DNA from: a virus
Taxonomy: Duplodnaviria > Caudoviricetes
Direction: 5' to 3' (one strand)
DNA length: 64,000 nucleotides
Virus record (IMG/VR): IMGVR_UViG_2974602649_000001
Location: 39,219-103,218 of that record
Shown here: piece after piece, positions 61,743 through 64,000 of the stretch
Layout of the letters: every line of letters begins with the position of its first letter
How positions within the stretch are numbered: the stretch's first letter is position 1
Program-made: the position numbers and the translations under genes
The notes under the pieces: model-generated
The model's input: the letters and a program-made list of their open reading frames with translations, nothing else
Databases searched by the model: none
What the model was told of the DNA's origin: nothing

Positions 61743-62894
61743 ATGAGTAAGACTGACCCTAAGTTCTATCTTGGTGATGTTGTAATGTTCAACAGTGTCT
61801 GGGGCTATCCTGACGGTGCCGCTGAGGATGTTGAATATACCATTGTGGAGAAAGTAAAGACTGGTGGTTGGCAACTAGAAACCGGCATTAACGGTCACAC
61901 AAAGCAAATTAGTCTTGAGATTGTTCGTCGGAAGCCGTATGATTTCATTCTGGTGAAACGTGGTGAGATTACCCACGATGTGTACGACCAGATTGAGGAA
62001 CTGAAAGCTCTGGTTGACATGTTGCGTACTGCCAACACAGCTAATGCTGCTACACTTTGTGGTGTCCAGTCTAGTGTCAGTACAGCACAGGTCGATTTGA
62101 GGTCGCTTCATGAAGGTCAAGCGGAAATGCAAGAACAAATTGACAACCTGTGTGAGCGTGTGGATGCTTCAGAAACTCGGGATGCTGTAACAAACATCAA
62201 CAACACGGTCAACAAGTTTGAACCATTTGAAGTTTATGTTGATGGGGTGCTCCGTATTAGTATGGGAATGTGGGATGACAACCCTAAGCAAATTCATTTG
62301 ACTAGTGATAAAGAGTACGCCGAAGGTGGTATTGCTTCTTATGATGCATCGAAGGCACCGTTGTTTGGTGAGTGTAGCAGCGACTTTGTAATGCCAATGA
62401 CTCGTGGTCTTAATGGGCGACTCACCCCAATCCCGGGTGCTTATGTCACCGATCCAATCAACATCACAGTCAACAGTGAACCTGCGGAAGAGTACAGTGA
62501 CTTTGCACAGCAGCTTGCGGATCATATTGAGAAAACTGGAAGGCGTGTGATTTCTGAAGGCTTTACCCAGATGAAACAAGGTGAAGTAGCTTCGACCGAG
62601 AGTAGCGAACCTATTCGCAGTACTGGTGGTTCGTCCAGTTACTATGACCTCCCGTTGAGTGACAAACTTATGAACAAGTTGTTTGATCGTTGGGAGGAAG
62701 GCAAAGCCCACATTCGAACTGAGGAGCTTATTGAAGAGGCATTCGACAATGACTTTGACTTTGGTACAGCATTCAAATCTCTGGTCCGGGTACGTGGTAC
62801 GACCAAAGGTGGTGGTAAAGCCGGTAACGATGTTGGCTACGAATGCAATAAGATCGACTGGTCGGTAAACAAAATCCGAGAAAAACACTCGTAA
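61743..62894 (+). CDS. Mosaic protein: SH3-like N-terminus, coiled coil, gpJ-like and TMP-like C-terminal peptides, TGGSSSYY domain
   Basis: Internal similarity to gpJ and TMP of this window; STGGSSSYY...FDFGTAFKSL C-terminal domain. Confidence 0.7.
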   Translation: MSKTDPKFYLGDVVMFNSVWGYPDGAAEDVEYTIVEKVKTGGWQLETGINGHTKQISLEIVRRKPYDFILVKRGEITHDVYDQIEELKALVDMLRTANTANAATLCGVQSSVSTAQVDLRSLHEGQAEMQEQIDNLCERVDASETRDAVTNINNTVNKFEPFEVYVDGVLRISMGMWDDNPKQIHLTSDKEYAEGGIASYDASKAPLFGECSSDFVMPMTRGLNGRLTPIPGAYVTDPINITVNSEPAEEYSDFAQQLADHIEKTGRRVISEGFTQMKQGEVASTESSEPIRSTGGSSSYYDLPLSDKLMNKLFDRWEEGKAHIRTEELIEEAFDNDFDFGTAFKSLVRVRGTTKGGGKAGNDVGYECNKIDWSVNKIREKHS

Positions 62895-62898
62895 GTAG

Positions 62899-62934
62899 TT
62901 GATTTACAAAGGAACGGGAGCTATAATGGCTCCC
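62899..62934 (+). promoter_or_regulatory. Promoter upstream of thyX, -10 box inside an inverted repeat
   Basis: TTGATT-N17-TATAAT; GGGAGC-TATAATG-GCTCCC. Confidence 0.6.
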
Positions 62935-62959
62935 ACACCTACTAATGAAAGGAGAGAAC

Positions 62960-63958
62960 ATGATTCAAAAACCTACAGCCAAGATGATTGCTGACAGTAT
63001 TTCCAGCATTACTGGTATTCGAATGATGACAATTCAAGTTGACATGCCACGCATTGTTCTGGCAGAACTCAACACTCACAGTGCCTTGTGTAAGAACACA
63101 TCGTCTTCCCGGGCAATCCCTGTACCAACTTTGATCAAACAGGTTCGTGACAATCCAGCAATGCCTGTTCGATTCGGTGCTGCCAACAAGGGTATGCAGG
63201 ATGCTGGTCCGCACAATGCCTTAATTGAATATCTTGGCGGTGAACTCACTGCTGAAGAGTTCTGGATTGAATCGGCACACCATGCTGCGTACTTTGCTGA
63301 GACTCTCCATGAGGCAGGTTATGCCAAGCAAGTATGTAATCGCGTTACTGAGCCTTACCAATGGTCCCGTGTTGTTCTGTCTGGTACTGACTGGGAGAAC
63401 TTCAAGTGGTTGCGTAATCACTACATGGCAGATCCAACTATCGAAGCTGTTGCGATTGCCATTGAGGAAGCCATGGCTCAAAGTACCCCAGTAGTTCTGA
63501 ATCCGGGTGAGTGGCACGTACCGTATTACAACGATGGTATTTGGAAACCTATTCCAAGCAAGCAAGTTACATATGATGGATTGATTGATGTAGATAAGTT
63601 CGGTCACAGTCTGGAGCACGCCCTGATGATTAGTTCGTCTTGCTGTGCTCAGGCATCGTATCGCCAGCTTGATGACACCGTTGAGAAAGCAACTCGTGTT
63701 AGTGCAAACTTGAACCTTCGTGGTGAACAACCAGATGAACCAGTTCACGCAAGCCCACTGGAACACCAAGCTACACCGGTTCAGCAAAATCACATTTACC
63801 AAGGAGCAACTGAAATCCTTGAAGTGAATGGTGGTCGCCCTAGTACTTGGGAAAAGGGTATTACACATATGCGTCGTGACGGTACTCTGTGCTCTGGGCA
63901 ACTGAGAGGCTGGGTGCAATACCGCCAGCTAGTTCCGAACAATGTCAAAAATGGTTGA
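62960..63958 (+). CDS. thyX: Flavin-dependent thymidylate synthase (phage Thy1/ThyX)
   Basis: AKMIADS, PRIVLAELNTH...SSSRAIP, KQVCNRVTEPY, NF.WLR, HASPLEH. Confidence 0.88.
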   Translation: MIQKPTAKMIADSISSITGIRMMTIQVDMPRIVLAELNTHSALCKNTSSSRAIPVPTLIKQVRDNPAMPVRFGAANKGMQDAGPHNALIEYLGGELTAEEFWIESAHHAAYFAETLHEAGYAKQVCNRVTEPYQWSRVVLSGTDWENFKWLRNHYMADPTIEAVAIAIEEAMAQSTPVVLNPGEWHVPYYNDGIWKPIPSKQVTYDGLIDVDKFGHSLEHALMISSSCCAQASYRQLDDTVEKATRVSANLNLRGEQPDEPVHASPLEHQATPVQQNHIYQGATEILEVNGGRPSTWEKGITHMRRDGTLCSGQLRGWVQYRQLVPNNVKNG

Positions 63959-64000
63959 TTTATCTAGAGACTACGTTGCAGGTCTGTTCGATGGTGAAGG
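63951..64000 (+). CDS. LAGLIDADG homing endonuclease, 5' end only
   Basis: Overlaps the thyX stop; MVDLSRDYVAGLFDGEG matches the LAGLIDADG helix. Confidence 0.72.
   Translation, partial: MVDLSRDYVAGLFDGE

Noticed and set aside
1-64000. Prophage, diversity-generating retroelement or alternative genetic code
   Set aside because: No integrase, repressor, host genes or reverse transcriptase; long genes read through in the standard code and no suppressor tRNA is present.

Overview
64 kb of a lytic, tailed dsDNA bacteriophage with a lambda/T1-type non-contractile tail. The gpJ C-terminus and tail-fibre N-terminus look like those of Pseudomonas phages, so the host is inferred, not shown. Layout: (1) 1-2.6 kb, minus strand, RNA-repair genes (polynucleotide kinase/phosphatase cut by the window edge, Rnl1-type ligase); (2) ~2.6 kb, divergent region with three palindromic iteron-like boxes next to an HTH gene; (3) 4.2-5.36 kb, tRNA/small-RNA cluster (Ile, Asn, Trp, Thr, Pro, one aberrant tRNA and several structured RNAs); (4) 5.4-33.7 kb, packaging, head, tail and lysis operon; (5) 33.8-43 kb, minus-strand accessory genes including a second RNA ligase, an HNH nuclease and a UvrD-like helicase; (6) ~43.0-43.45 kb, divergent promoter region with structured non-coding RNA candidates; (7) 43.5-64 kb, plus-strand early and replication genes: primase-helicase, a family B DNA polymerase split in two by two small inserted genes, SSB-like protein, nucleases, MazG-like protein, ThyX and the start of a LAGLIDADG nuclease. 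No integrase or CRISPR array was seen. The most striking observation is a set of stand-alone genes carrying short copies of motifs from the phage's own virion-assembly proteins: a 62-aa mini terminase ATPase, a 77-aa gpJ C-terminal fragment, and a chimera of the gpJ and tape-measure C-termini. These are candidate decoys against host defences that sense or block those proteins. All family assignments are from motif recognition by eye; no database search was run.
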